Shown: piece by piece, positions 29,723 through 40,346 of the stretch
How the letters are laid out: every line of letters starts with the position of its first letter
How positions within the stretch are numbered: the first letter of the stretch is position 1
Source: Candidatus Thorarchaeota archaeon
GTDB lineage: Archaea; Asgardarchaeota; Thorarchaeia; Thorarchaeales; Thorarchaeaceae
DNA: 64,000 bases
Direction: 5' to 3'
Assembly: GCA_011364985.1 (NCBI GenBank)
Contig: RDOC01000001.1
Location: 128,001-192,000 of the forward strand
The notes under the pieces: model-generated
Databases searched by the model: none
Told to the model about the DNA's origin: nothing
Seen by the model: only the letters and a program-made list of their open reading frames with translations
Translations under genes and position numbers: made by a program

Positions 29723-30809
29723 AATGAATCGCTTCATTGAATTGCTTAGAGTACTCGATAAGGCTCTCAGCAGTCTTTGCATCAAGAGGAATCCCTTCCC
29801 TTGTGCGCAAGTCATGCATCTCGTACTCCTTTTCTCCATGAACATAGATTCTTGAACAGCCCTCCGCCCTATTACATGTGTGAAGGAGGTCGATATAGTC
29901 GTCCATCCTCCTTTTGAATACATCAAGCTCCGTGAAAAACGCAGGATCTAGCGCCATGAAAAAGTGACCAACTCTAGGATGATTCATCTTCCCATCTTTA
30001 GTGGCTATGATGTCAGGACCGAAATTTGAGCCGGAAAGAACTCCACTCAGCACATCCACCATGAGTGACAGCCCATACCCCTTGTGTCCTCCATGGGTTT
30101 CTCCCTCTCCGCCCAATGGTAGAATGCCTCCGGCGTATCCGTAAAGTACATTCTCAAGCACTCTTGCTGGATCATCTGTGCTTGTTCCTCTCTCATCAGT
30201 TGCCCACCCTGGTGGAATCCTTTTACCAAGCCGCTCATAGACCTCGAGTTTTCCTCTTGGTACAACACTGGTTGCAAGGTCCATGACCCAAGGCCTATTC
30301 TTGGAGGTGGGCGCTGCAATAGAGATTGGATTTGTACCTAGAATTGCATTCCTTGCAAAAGTCGGTACTACTAGAGGTTCAGAATTGGTGAGGGAGATCC
30401 CGATGAGATTGTGTTCCAGTGCTCTCATTGCGTAGTATCCTGCAAAACCATAGTGGTTTGAATTGAAGACAGTCACTAGACCGATGCCTTCGCTTTGAGC
30501 CTTCTCAATTGCCATGTCCATTCCAAAGACACCTGCAGGTTGGCCAACTCCGTCTCGAGCATCGACATTGCCAAGGACGCTATTTTCTCTGACTATCTTT
30601 GGAGAAACATCCGGAACAATATACCCGCGTCGGATTCCTTCAACATAGCGCTTGACTCTTCCAACACCATGCGAGTCAATCCCACGCAGATTGGCAGTGA
30701 CGAGATTGTCAGCAATGTAGTGTGCCCCTACGTCAGAAACCTGACACCTCATCATTAAACGTTTGACAAAATCGTATAGGTCCTCCGCCTTTATCACTTG
30801 GTCAGACAT
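29712..30809 (-). CDS. Ldh-2 family oxidoreductase (malate/L-sulfolactate dehydrogenase-like)
   Basis: ANLRGIDSHG, NSNHYG, LGTNPISIAAP, DLATS, GGHKGYGL. Confidence 0.92.
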   Translation of the reverse strand: MSDQVIKAEDLYDFVKRLMMRCQVSDVGAHYIADNLVTANLRGIDSHGVGRVKRYVEGIRRGYIVPDVSPKIVRENSVLGNVDARDGVGQPAGVFGMDMAIEKAQSEGIGLVTVFNSNHYGFAGYYAMRALEHNLIGISLTNSEPLVVPTFARNAILGTNPISIAAPTSKNRPWVMDLATSVVPRGKLEVYERLGKRIPPGWATDERGTSTDDPARVLENVLYGYAGGILPLGGEGETHGGHKGYGLSLMVDVLSGVLSGSNFGPDIIATKDGKMNHPRVGHFFMALDPAFFTELDVFKRRMDDYIDLLHTCNRAEGCSRIYVHGEKEYEMHDLRTREGIPLDAKTAESLIEYSKQFNEAIHFMS

Positions 30810-30874
30810 TCTTCGATCTCCAACACTGTAAACAAGAAGCGTTCCTGATAAAGGGGTCGACCGTTTCATCGCCT

Positions 30875-31399
30875 CTATGTTTCATTAGAACTCGAACGTC
30901 TGGTCCAAGGCGTACGACAAGGAATCCATCTCGGCACATTCTGCATGTACTCCAAGTACTCATCGCCAAATCTTGCTACGAAATCAGACTCCTCTGATTT
31001 TATCAAATAGATGTGATTTCCCACAAAGAAGAGTAGAAACCAGAGCAACAAGTGAGGAGAGAGAAAGTATATCGATTCTCCGACGATGACCAAGAGAACG
31101 CCCCAAGTCATTGGATTTCTAACATATCTGTACATTCCTGCGATGACTAGCTTCTTGGTCGGAGACCATGGAGCAAGAGTTCCTTTTCCAATTTCTGAGA
31201 AATCCATGATGCATAGTATCAAAATGATGGAACCTACGATGATGACTGAAAGCCCAGCTTCAGAATAGATGGAAAACACATAGTAAGGATCACGGGGGAA
31301 TCCGCCAGTTAGCCAAAGGACTATTCCAGGGATTAGAATAAGAACAGCAATTGGCAGGCAAAATGATCCAAGTTATTCATATCGTGGAGGAAATGCCAA
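30875..31399 (-). pseudogene. Isoprenylcysteine carboxyl methyltransferase/PEMT family, with in-frame TAA at codon 9
   Basis: MAFPPRYE*LGSFCLPIAVLILIPG...GKGTLAPW.PT..LV..GMYRYVRNPM...EE...RFGDEY..Y...VPRWIP; stop at 31373-31375. Confidence 0.7.
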
Positions 31400-31406
31400 C
31401 CTGCAG

Positions 31407-33005
31407 TCACTCCTCATCAACTGAAATGTATCCCTTCTTCATCACCGTGTCAACGGCAGCCTTGGATGGTTCTGGGTAATCCCTGTTGTAGTGAGCACCT
31501 CGACTCTCCTTTCTCATCCGGGCCATTTTGATGATGAGTTCGGCCACGGTGGCAATGTTCCGAAGCTCGATCAAGTCAGGAGTGATGATAAAGTCCCAGT
31601 AGAACGACTCGATCTCTCTAGCAAGGAAGCCAATTCTATTCCGTGCTCGTATCAATCGCTTGTTTGTCCGAACGATGCCAACATAGTTGACCATCAAACG
31701 GCGCACTTCGTCCCACATATGAGAAATGACCACGAGCTCATCAGGATCGGTTGCTTCGCCTGGATCCCAAGGAGGCATGCTATGGACTTCGATGCCCCGC
31801 TGCAAGTCATCGCTCACAGCCGCAGCTGTATTATGAGCCATGACAACTCCTTCCAATAGGGAATTGGATGCAAGACGGTTGGCGCCGTGAAAACCGGTGC
31901 CGGCACACTCTCCAATGGCATAGAGACCCCTCACATCGGTTTTTCCATTAATATCGGTCTTCACCCCTCCACACACATAGTGAACACCAGGTACAACTGG
32001 AATTGGTTCCTGCGTGATGTCGATACCAGCATTCAAGCATGTCGAGTAGATAGCAGGAAAACGGTCTTTGATGAAATCTGCATCTTTGAAGGAAATATCC
32101 AAGTGGACAAAATTCGCTCCTGTCCTCTTCAGTTCACTGTCAATTGCCCTCGCTACAACATCTCGAGGCGCAAGCTCTGCATCTGGATGATAGGCATCCA
32201 TGAAGCGTTTTCCATCTGGTCCAAGAAGAACGGCTCCCTCCCCTCTTAATGCCTCAGAGATTAGGAAAGAACGTATCTTTGAATGATAGAGAAGCGTGGG
32301 ATGGAATTGAATGAATTCGAGATTTGTGATGCTCGCCCCTGCGCGATATGCCATTGCAATCCCGTCACCTGTTGCAACATCGGGGTTGCTTGTGTAAAGA
32401 AACACCCTGCCCGCCCCGCCAGTAGCAAGAACTGTAACCTTCGAGGGAAAACGCTTCACGGTTTTAGTTTCCTTGTCAAGGACATAGGCACCCATCACAC
32501 AGTCGTTGCTCATATAGAGATTCACTGCGGAATGGTTCTCGTAGACTGTGACGTTGGAGCGCTTTCTTATCTGTTCTACCAGAGCTCTCTGAATGTCTGC
32601 TCCCGTATGGTCTTTTACGTGCAAGACACGTCTGTTTGTATGCCCACCCTCAAGGCCAAGGTCAAAATCATCACATCCCTCTTCCCTACAAAACTCGACT
32701 CCAAGACGAACCAGTTCTTCTATTCGCTTGGGACCACTCTTTACAATGGATTCTACAACCTTGGGATGGCAGAGACCTGCACCAACACGGATTGTATCTT
32801 CAATATGGGAAGCAACTGAGTCCTTATCCGAGATCACAGCAGCTATACCACCCTGAGCCCTATTTGTGGCGGTCTCCAAGATGGAGGTTTTTGTCACTAC
32901 TGTCACTGTATAGGTCTCAGGAATATTAAGAGAAAATGATAGTCCTGCAATCCCAGACCCAATGACTAAGACATCTGACGATACGACATCGCTCAATCTT
33001 TTCAC
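31407..33005 (-). CDS. nadB: L-aspartate oxidase
   Basis: DVLVIGSGIAGL, AQGGIAAV, EGGH, FIQFHPT, LISEALRGEG, ELAPRDVVAR, HGANRLASNSLLE. Confidence 0.96.
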   Translation of the reverse strand: MKRLSDVVSSDVLVIGSGIAGLSFSLNIPETYTVTVVTKTSILETATNRAQGGIAAVISDKDSVASHIEDTIRVGAGLCHPKVVESIVKSGPKRIEELVRLGVEFCREEGCDDFDLGLEGGHTNRRVLHVKDHTGADIQRALVEQIRKRSNVTVYENHSAVNLYMSNDCVMGAYVLDKETKTVKRFPSKVTVLATGGAGRVFLYTSNPDVATGDGIAMAYRAGASITNLEFIQFHPTLLYHSKIRSFLISEALRGEGAVLLGPDGKRFMDAYHPDAELAPRDVVARAIDSELKRTGANFVHLDISFKDADFIKDRFPAIYSTCLNAGIDITQEPIPVVPGVHYVCGGVKTDINGKTDVRGLYAIGECAGTGFHGANRLASNSLLEGVVMAHNTAAAVSDDLQRGIEVHSMPPWDPGEATDPDELVVISHMWDEVRRLMVNYVGIVRTNKRLIRARNRIGFLAREIESFYWDFIITPDLIELRNIATVAELIIKMARMRKESRGAHYNRDYPEPSKAAVDTVMKKGYISVDEE

Positions 33006-33147
33006 ATCTCAGCAGTTGCACGTCGAGTGCCATTGATTTCACGGATTCTAATTCCCGTTAAGAGATTTCCTGAGGTACATGATAAGAAGATTTTATTATG
33101 AGACATCAGGGGCGAATGCAAATCGTTGAAACGTCCAGCGAAAGACC

Positions 33148-34092
33148 GTGAGTCGAATGGAAATGGCTGTGCCGCGGGAAAAACCTCATCCTGAATTGGA
33201 AAAGCAGGGGTCCAAGATAGAAGGAGTTGTCATCTTCGATGCTAATTCTGGAATACCGCTTTATTCTAGGCTTGAGAAACGAATCGATCCATCGCTGTTT
33301 ACGGGCTTCGTTTCTGCTGCGAGACACTTCTCTAACGAGCTATCCCTTGGCGGACTCACTTCCTTTACAACGGAAGAAAAGGTAATCTTCTTGGCTCGTA
33401 AGAACAAGGTTATCACAGCAATAATAAAACCCCAAAATCCTGATCATCAAAGCACAGTATCATTAGCATACGAGCTAGCAGAGCAGTTTGAGTCTAGGTT
33501 TGATGTCCCCCGGAATCCGCAGCCAAGCATGTACAAAGACTTCGAGGGCGTTGTTGATGATTACATCAGAGAAATCAAGAACCCCTTTTTGAGTAGAGTT
33601 GCTAGGTTCATTCATAAGCAATACGGGGGAGAGGTGGCCATCAAACCTCGATTTAATAAAAAGAGCGGAAGCCAAGGTGTCATTGATATCGTAGCCAGTA
33701 CTCAAGAAGAATCACGGGATCTCAGAAATGGAATTTCTAATCTCTATTCGGATAAATACACCTTTGTGCAGGCTGTTGATGGTGTGGCCAAGAAGGGGGA
33801 TATAATGGAATTCCTAGATAACACTGACTGCTACGGGGTAATGGTCATGATAAAGGACAGTCTGGAATTCGTCCCGTACTTTCCGTCTCGTGCAGTTGTG
33901 GTAGCTAGGCAGTACCCTGAGGATCTTCTTGGCTACTTGGACAAACTACCGCGTGACAAAGGGCGAATCTACATTGATGGAACTCATGCCTTCGTCGGTC
34001 TTGGAATCAAAGGGCTTAAGAGAGACCCGAAATGCTTCGTTGAGCTTTGGAAGTGGCGTGATAGTGATGACCCTGTGAGAGCCTATCCATAG
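33148..34092 (+). CDS. Longin-like domain fused to a degenerate PD-(D/E)xK-like domain
   Basis: IEGVVIFDANSGIPLYSR...LFTGFVSAARHFSNEL longin pattern; C-terminal KSG..GVIDIV...TFVQAV...DIMEF...AVVVA. Confidence 0.6.
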   Translation: MSRMEMAVPREKPHPELEKQGSKIEGVVIFDANSGIPLYSRLEKRIDPSLFTGFVSAARHFSNELSLGGLTSFTTEEKVIFLARKNKVITAIIKPQNPDHQSTVSLAYELAEQFESRFDVPRNPQPSMYKDFEGVVDDYIREIKNPFLSRVARFIHKQYGGEVAIKPRFNKKSGSQGVIDIVASTQEESRDLRNGISNLYSDKYTFVQAVDGVAKKGDIMEFLDNTDCYGVMVMIKDSLEFVPYFPSRAVVVARQYPEDLLGYLDKLPRDKGRIYIDGTHAFVGLGIKGLKRDPKCFVELWKWRDSDDPVRAYP

Positions 34093-34099
34093 CCATGCA

Positions 34100-34768
34100 T
34101 CAGCATATTGCAGTCCCGCAGTACTCGCAGGTCACAAGTTTCCCTTTTCGAAGTTTCTTAGCTTGCTCTACGTTAAATCTGCTCCCACACATTGGACATA
34201 GATACGGTTGCATCTCAACTGGAGGCCCACTCTGAATCTCGCCTCCTATTTCCGTCAAGGATTTCTCGGCCCATTGAACATACTTCGACTGGTTAGTCTT
34301 TCTGAAATTGTATACTGCTTCTTCGAGTAGGCTTCTCGCCTCCTCTAATCTACCTGTACCTCTGTAGGCACTTGCAAGACCCATTGCATTCCAAGCAGTA
34401 TACCATGCGTCCGCTGTTGTTCTGGCCAAGGTCAGGCCCTGCTCAAAAAGCTGGACAGCGGTACTGTAATCCAGCCTTCGTAGTGCTACTTGCCCAAGGC
34501 CCCATTTCGCAGCAGATTGGTACCAATAGTTGTCAATCTTAATTCCTTCGCGGTGTAGATTCTCGTAAATGGTCTGGGCTTTCTTCAGATTGTGTGCATT
34601 CAGCGTGCAATCACCCATCACACGAAGAGCCTCTACAGCGCGGTCAATCTGCCCGCTCTTCTGGAATTTCTTATGTGCTTTCTCAGCAGCCTTAATGCAC
34701 TTGTCAAACTTGGAAGACTGATGCATCGAAATGGCCTCTTGGAGAAGTTCTTCTGGTTCCGGCGACAT
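34100..34768 (-). CDS. TPR protein with C-terminal zinc ribbon
   Basis: Long-TPR helices (ALRVMG, AKWGLGQV, AMGLASAY); CPMCG...CEYCG. Confidence 0.85.
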   Translation of the reverse strand: MSPEPEELLQEAISMHQSSKFDKCIKAAEKAHKKFQKSGQIDRAVEALRVMGDCTLNAHNLKKAQTIYENLHREGIKIDNYWYQSAAKWGLGQVALRRLDYSTAVQLFEQGLTLARTTADAWYTAWNAMGLASAYRGTGRLEEARSLLEEAVYNFRKTNQSKYVQWAEKSLTEIGGEIQSGPPVEMQPYLCPMCGSRFNVEQAKKLRKGKLVTCEYCGTAIC

Positions 34769-34825
34769 AGCCTGAAACAAACACCCCTGCGTAATAAAAA
34801 AGCTGCCATCTCAAGTGCAATGAAA

Positions 34826-37243
34826 TCATCTATGGAAAGTCGCAATCACTGTGTTGGACATTGGCAAAGCGCGAATGTATGCAATTCCAACCTCCTTCAC
34901 TCGGTTTACAATGCCTCCTCCAAAGACTTTCATCATAGGCAAGGAGAAATACGTAGGCACATGAATTTCCAATTCATTTGGCAGCTGAGTCATCCGGATC
35001 TCAATCTGGTGTTGATTTGTAGATGCTCCAACTTCAATGTCTACCTCACCCAGTGACAGTGGAATTCTATCTACGAGGAGGGGTGTGGGAGAAGTATACC
35101 ATTCATCAGGAATGGCCGGGAGGACAACGATATCCGACTCCATTTCAGATACCACCATTTCGCGCAAGAGGATGAGAAGATCTGCTGCTGCAATCATGCT
35201 GCATCCATCGCCAGAGTGTCCTGCACCCGAATGTGGATCGACAAACTCAGGAAGAGTATGGTATTCCGAGAGCAGCTCTATTGCTCTGCGAAGAATATTC
35301 CATGTGCCAGATTTGCGAAGCGTGAAGACGTAGTAGTGGGCCAAACGCAGTGCAAGATGACTGGAAAATCGTTTCTCCTCTCCCGGGATCATTACTAGAT
35401 TCCTTCGCATAAGGTTGTCCAAAGTGGTGTTTAGCGACCATTGTTCAAGACTGCTGTCGATAGTACCCTTTCCGAGAAGAGCAATTGCTGCAAGGAGGTC
35501 AAGTGATGCAAGCGATAGATCGGGGTCATCCGCTTGGTCTACGACACTTTGGTAGACCCTCACTGATTTGGATTCAAGCCATTTTGCATAGTCGTTCTGC
35601 AGACTACAGAGCGATTCTGCCAATTGGGTCATTTCAAGTGCCTCGAGAGACACCACACCGATTCTTAGAGCTGCTAAATCCCATAGTGAATCAACAATAT
35701 CACGAAGTCCAAACTGCATTCTTATTGGAACAGGAGCCACATCCGTTGTGATGTCCTCACGCAATTCAGCCGTTACCGCCAGTATTTCATCGACACCCAA
35801 GAACTCCTCTTTCGGCTCACTGTCTTCTCTGATTTTACCATGAATACTCCCAGACTTCACTGATTCATCAGCCAAATCGCCAGACTCACTTTGCACTCTG
35901 ATTCTGGCCTCAATTGTCAATTGCATCTTAGAATAATATGCGCCAATCAATGGGCTTATTGTCTTCAGAAACGTCATATCTCGGAAATAGAAGAAATACT
36001 GAAGAATTCCCCAAATCAACGAACTCTGGCTATTAGGAGGTGTTTCCTTTTCATCCGAAAACCACTTCCGGATTGCTTTAAGGGCAAGTTCTTTCGCTAG
36101 CTCGGAACAGCCAGAGCGGCATAGTGCAGAAAAGACTCTAGCCCATTCGATAGACTCGGTTGAGCCTACTGAGCTAATGCCTGAGTTCAGCTTTGTGTCA
36201 ACTTGTTGTGCAAGAACGGCCTTCGCCTGCAGAGCGGCATCATTCAGCACTACCTCTGGAAAAGTAAGATTCGTTGTCTTTTCGGCGAAATCGAACCACA
36301 TGCCTACATATTCATCCCTTACGTTCGTATTCATTTTGAAGGGGATTTCGTCTGTCTTCGTCATTCTGGATAAGGGACTCACAAAGAAATACTTCTTGGA
36401 TTCAGCCGGAGCTAAATTGACTCTGTACTTCAGAACAGCAGTAACGAGACCTTTGACGCTAGAGAACTCTGTGTCCTTTCGGTCATTCTCTTCTTGGATA
36501 GTGGCGATCAGATTCGGATTATCAGCAGTTGAAAGAACGATTGACGATGCCAGCTTGTCAAAGAGCATGGCAACGTAACCATTGGAAATCATCATCTTCT
36601 GAGCGGAATCATACTCGACGGACTCCAATGGTTCGACCCCTCTAACGGAAGTGGGTCTAAGAACTGCATAGAAAACAAACTCAGTATCATTCAGCGAATG
36701 GTTCTTTAAGTGAATCTCATTGTATAGAGCTTCGCGTCCGCTCGATGTGCCATGATAAATCTGGCGAATCACTTCGATCGCCCCAAAGAATTTTCTCCAT
36801 TCGAAAAGCTGATCATCAGGACTATACAGCTCGATTCTTGATTCGTTTCGGTCAACCAAGGCAGGGAAGACCATAGAGCCTTTATCCTCAAACCAGAAAT
36901 CAATGGACCCACATTCACGATTAGCTGTCACAAGTCCTGTTTCATCCATTATTGCATAATTGCTGGATCCCACTCCGCCAATGGTGATCCAGTTCTGGCT
37001 CATGTTATTGGAAAGGGCATCCTCGGATATACTGCCAGATTTGGAAATTGATGCCTGCTTTGTAGCCCAAGCGGGGAGCATCCATGATTCCGAGGAGGTA
37101 TAAACTACCTTGTTCAATCCAACCTGTAGATCACGTATTTCAAGTGCTGCGGAAGAATGTTGAAAGGATGACGACGGCACTTTGTTATTTCGTGCTACTC
37201 GCCTGAATCGCTCAATAAGGTTATCATCTGTTAGGTCCAACAC
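34826..37243 (-). CDS. Six-hairpin glycosidase-like hypothetical protein
   Basis: Beta-rich N-terminus, helical core, C-terminal LPEFVDP...GDG...VLPAIPDEW resembling GH65/GH95-type tails. Confidence 0.55.
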   Translation of the reverse strand: MLDLTDDNLIERFRRVARNNKVPSSSFQHSSAALEIRDLQVGLNKVVYTSSESWMLPAWATKQASISKSGSISEDALSNNMSQNWITIGGVGSSNYAIMDETGLVTANRECGSIDFWFEDKGSMVFPALVDRNESRIELYSPDDQLFEWRKFFGAIEVIRQIYHGTSSGREALYNEIHLKNHSLNDTEFVFYAVLRPTSVRGVEPLESVEYDSAQKMMISNGYVAMLFDKLASSIVLSTADNPNLIATIQEENDRKDTEFSSVKGLVTAVLKYRVNLAPAESKKYFFVSPLSRMTKTDEIPFKMNTNVRDEYVGMWFDFAEKTTNLTFPEVVLNDAALQAKAVLAQQVDTKLNSGISSVGSTESIEWARVFSALCRSGCSELAKELALKAIRKWFSDEKETPPNSQSSLIWGILQYFFYFRDMTFLKTISPLIGAYYSKMQLTIEARIRVQSESGDLADESVKSGSIHGKIREDSEPKEEFLGVDEILAVTAELREDITTDVAPVPIRMQFGLRDIVDSLWDLAALRIGVVSLEALEMTQLAESLCSLQNDYAKWLESKSVRVYQSVVDQADDPDLSLASLDLLAAIALLGKGTIDSSLEQWSLNTTLDNLMRRNLVMIPGEEKRFSSHLALRLAHYYVFTLRKSGTWNILRRAIELLSEYHTLPEFVDPHSGAGHSGDGCSMIAAADLLILLREMVVSEMESDIVVLPAIPDEWYTSPTPLLVDRIPLSLGEVDIEVGASTNQHQIEIRMTQLPNELEIHVPTYFSLPMMKVFGGGIVNRVKEVGIAYIRALPMSNTVIATFHR

Positions 37244-37414
37244 GGTCCAACTCCAATTTGTGAGAGTGAGAAGCTGGCTGATGAGTCCTAAGTTGCGGAA
37301 TAGGTAATTAATGTAGCTTGTTCATTTTTCGGACATGTCATGGATACCTAAGCCTTAATAACACTCTCAAGCCCGATTGTACAAAAGCTCGATATGATTG
37401 CGTATTAAGCCCAA

Positions 37415-38635
37415 ATGCTGATTGACCAAAGATATGAGGGATTTGCTATGGCGGAAGTCCTCACGAAACCGTCTCGTAGAATTAGGAATATGGTTGCAAA
37501 GGAACTCAGATTAATAGCTAAAGACAAGGTTGCTCTGTTCTTGATCTTTCTGCTTCCAGCCGCGCTGATTGGAATGCTCTGGTGGGTTACGGATATGAGC
37601 GACATGGGAGATATTCAGTTAGGCGATGATGACGGCGGCACAGACATTGGCACAAGCACAAACATAACCGAAGCTGAGGACACAGGTATCAGCATTGGGC
37701 TATTAGACTTCGACACAACACGCGTCTATGAAGGAGAGGACCTCTCTACAAACTTCACAAACTACTTGGAGATGTTCGTTGACGATTTAATAATGTACAA
37801 CGACACGGCAGATGCTTTTCGAGACTTGTATGAGGGCGAAATCCTTGGATATGTAATAATCCCTGATGGATTCGAGGCCAACCTGACTGAGAACATACCA
37901 ACATATGTTGAAATTCATGTAGATGCCACAGCACTATTGGATCAAGCTTCTGTTCAAGGTGTAATTCAGGGGGCTATAATAAGCTTCAGGGCATCAAAAC
38001 TGTGGATTAGATCTGAAGTGTTTCCTTCGATGATAATCGAATTCCAGCCAGAAGGAAGCTACCTTGCTGCAGTCTTTGGAGCATTCATTGTCATAATATC
38101 CTCATACCTAGGAATTGCTATGACTTCTGCCCAATCCATTGTAGGTGACATTCCTCTTCGTAGAATGTTACTCACCCCGACAAACAGGCTAGAAGTGATT
38201 ACTTCTAAGGCCATCGCCTATGTGATTATTGGTTTCTTCCAATCGCTTCTTCTCATTTCCCTCTGGATTATTGCTTTCGATTTGGAGATGAACACTGGTT
38301 TTGGGAGTCTGGTTATCATTATGAGCCTAACAGCTTTGACAGGATCATCTACAGGGATAATCATCTCTGCAGCTGCAGGAACAAGATTGCAGGCCAATCA
38401 GATCTTTCTCTTTGTCATGTTTGGCTCTGTTATAATGTCAGGATTCTTTATCGACGTGGGTTGGCTCAATGAAGTACTCCCCCTGAATCTGGGAATGAGC
38501 GTCCTGATTGATACAGCATTCAAAGGATTATCATTACTTGATATCATAGATGCCATTCTTAGACTTCTTGCAATTTCATTAGGGATGATACTAGCTGCAT
38601 CATTCATTTTCTCTAGAAAGCCAACTCTTGACTAG
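37415..38635 (+). CDS. ABC-2 type exporter permease
   Basis: KELRLI..DK, extracellular domain with IIPDGF, LRRMLLTP..RLEVI.SK, six TM helices. Confidence 0.92.
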   Translation: MLIDQRYEGFAMAEVLTKPSRRIRNMVAKELRLIAKDKVALFLIFLLPAALIGMLWWVTDMSDMGDIQLGDDDGGTDIGTSTNITEAEDTGISIGLLDFDTTRVYEGEDLSTNFTNYLEMFVDDLIMYNDTADAFRDLYEGEILGYVIIPDGFEANLTENIPTYVEIHVDATALLDQASVQGVIQGAIISFRASKLWIRSEVFPSMIIEFQPEGSYLAAVFGAFIVIISSYLGIAMTSAQSIVGDIPLRRMLLTPTNRLEVITSKAIAYVIIGFFQSLLLISLWIIAFDLEMNTGFGSLVIIMSLTALTGSSTGIIISAAAGTRLQANQIFLFVMFGSVIMSGFFIDVGWLNEVLPLNLGMSVLIDTAFKGLSLLDIIDAILRLLAISLGMILAASFIFSRKPTLD

Positions 38636-40339
38636 GTGATGGACATGATAAAACAAGATCGTGACGAAGCATCAGAAATCGAAGCAAAACCAACCTTTGT
38701 AGAAGAAGCCTACTTCTCTGGGGGAAGACTGAACGAAGCCATTGATTGGTGTCTTGCTCGTCACGACCGAGAAATTCACTGTATAGTGGAAGGAGTACTC
38801 AACAGTACAAGCAGGGAAGTACGTTTCAGCGGAAGGCTTCTGAAGATAAAGAAGAGTGTCTTGACACGGAGATTTGCCGCCCTTGTTGAAGAGGATTTGA
38901 GAAAGAGGAAGAGAGGAGATCTTGATGCAATTCTCACAGTGGGCGGAGAAGGGGCAACTCAAGAGGATGTTGCAGCCACCCAAATAACACTTCGTAATTA
39001 CTTGAAAAGAAACCTCGCAGAAGACTTGTATTATGATGGACGTGACCTTCAGCAGGCAGTGAAGGACCTTGAAAAGATGAAGAGCACACAGAGCCTCTGT
39101 ACTGTGTGGGGTAATAGAGCCTCTGATAGGCTTCCGATTATGATAAGCGGAATGGTTGTAGGATTTGCCATTGAAGCAATGCAGCCTGCTCGCGGCACGA
39201 TTCTACCTGAAGGGTTTCTTGAAGTCAGGGTTGAGCCAGAGGGCTCTGTGGGAGATCCGAAGATATACTTGGTCGCTCAACCACAGCTATTCATTGGTCC
39301 AGGGTATAATCCCAATCTTACAATTATAGCCAGCAAGGTTTACATCCAGCCTTATGCCTGGAAAGAAGCGCCAGCCTATCGAGATGTCGTTGAAGCTAGG
39401 AACCTCACGGTCTCTCTAAAGACCGGCAAGAACCTAGTAGAGAATGTATCATTTGCATTAGAAGAGGGAGAGATGCTTGCAATAATCGGTGAGTCGGGAG
39501 CTGGCAAGTCAACAACTGTGAAGGCACTAATTGGGGATATACCTAGTACAGGAGTCGCCAGAATCGCAGGAGTCGATTCCCGACAAACAACAAAGGTAAG
39601 GCACTTCTTTGGATATTGCCCACAAGACCTATCCTACATGTACGAGACCTTCACACCATTGGAGAATATCATTGCGTTTGGGAAACAATACGATATACCG
39701 GAGTGGCAATTGATTCAGAGAGGGAAATCGCTGCTTAGGGACTTTGGGATTCTGGAAAAAGGAAACAATGCTACAAGAGAATTGAGTGGAGGACAGCAAC
39801 GACGCGTATCCATAGCTGTGGCCTTGGCCCACATGCCAAAGGTACTGTTGATGGACGAGCCGACTTCCGGACTCGACCCAGACAACAGAAATGAGCTATG
39901 GAACTATCTAGCCTATATCAATCAGGAATATGGAACCTCAATCATTGTAATCACTCACTACCCGATAGAGGCAGAATTCTGCGATAAGGTTGCGGTCTTT
40001 ATTCGTGGAAAATCACTTGTTGCCTTTGGCAGCCCACAAAGACTCAAGGAGTCCCTCCCAAATAGAGGCTTTTCTGTTGGAGTCGTGCTTGAAGAGGTGG
40101 ATCCGCGAGCAAGGACGATCCTTGAGGAAGTGGAAGGAGTCCGCTTTGTGCTTCAGCGAGGAGAGCTACTCAAGGTATTCACAGATGAGCCCCTTGAGAA
40201 AGTGGCTCAGAAATGTGTCTCCGCACTCGATACCAGAAAGATTGCGGTTAAGATTGTGAAGACAAAATCCGTGGCCGATATGGTGGACTATTACATAGCA
40301 ATCACTAGGGGCCTAGTAACAGGAACAATCGAGAAGTGA
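38636..40339 (+). CDS. ABC ATPase with N-terminal tandem TrmB-C-like domains
   Basis: GESGAGKST, LSGGQQRR, LLMDEPTSGLD, ITH; ~250-aa N-terminal extension containing VEG...FSGR...TVGGEGATQEDVAA. Confidence 0.9.
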   Translation: MMDMIKQDRDEASEIEAKPTFVEEAYFSGGRLNEAIDWCLARHDREIHCIVEGVLNSTSREVRFSGRLLKIKKSVLTRRFAALVEEDLRKRKRGDLDAILTVGGEGATQEDVAATQITLRNYLKRNLAEDLYYDGRDLQQAVKDLEKMKSTQSLCTVWGNRASDRLPIMISGMVVGFAIEAMQPARGTILPEGFLEVRVEPEGSVGDPKIYLVAQPQLFIGPGYNPNLTIIASKVYIQPYAWKEAPAYRDVVEARNLTVSLKTGKNLVENVSFALEEGEMLAIIGESGAGKSTTVKALIGDIPSTGVARIAGVDSRQTTKVRHFFGYCPQDLSYMYETFTPLENIIAFGKQYDIPEWQLIQRGKSLLRDFGILEKGNNATRELSGGQQRRVSIAVALAHMPKVLLMDEPTSGLDPDNRNELWNYLAYINQEYGTSIIVITHYPIEAEFCDKVAVFIRGKSLVAFGSPQRLKESLPNRGFSVGVVLEEVDPRARTILEEVEGVRFVLQRGELLKVFTDEPLEKVAQKCVSALDTRKIAVKIVKTKSVADMVDYYIAITRGLVTGTIEK

Positions 40340-40346
40340 TGAAGAA

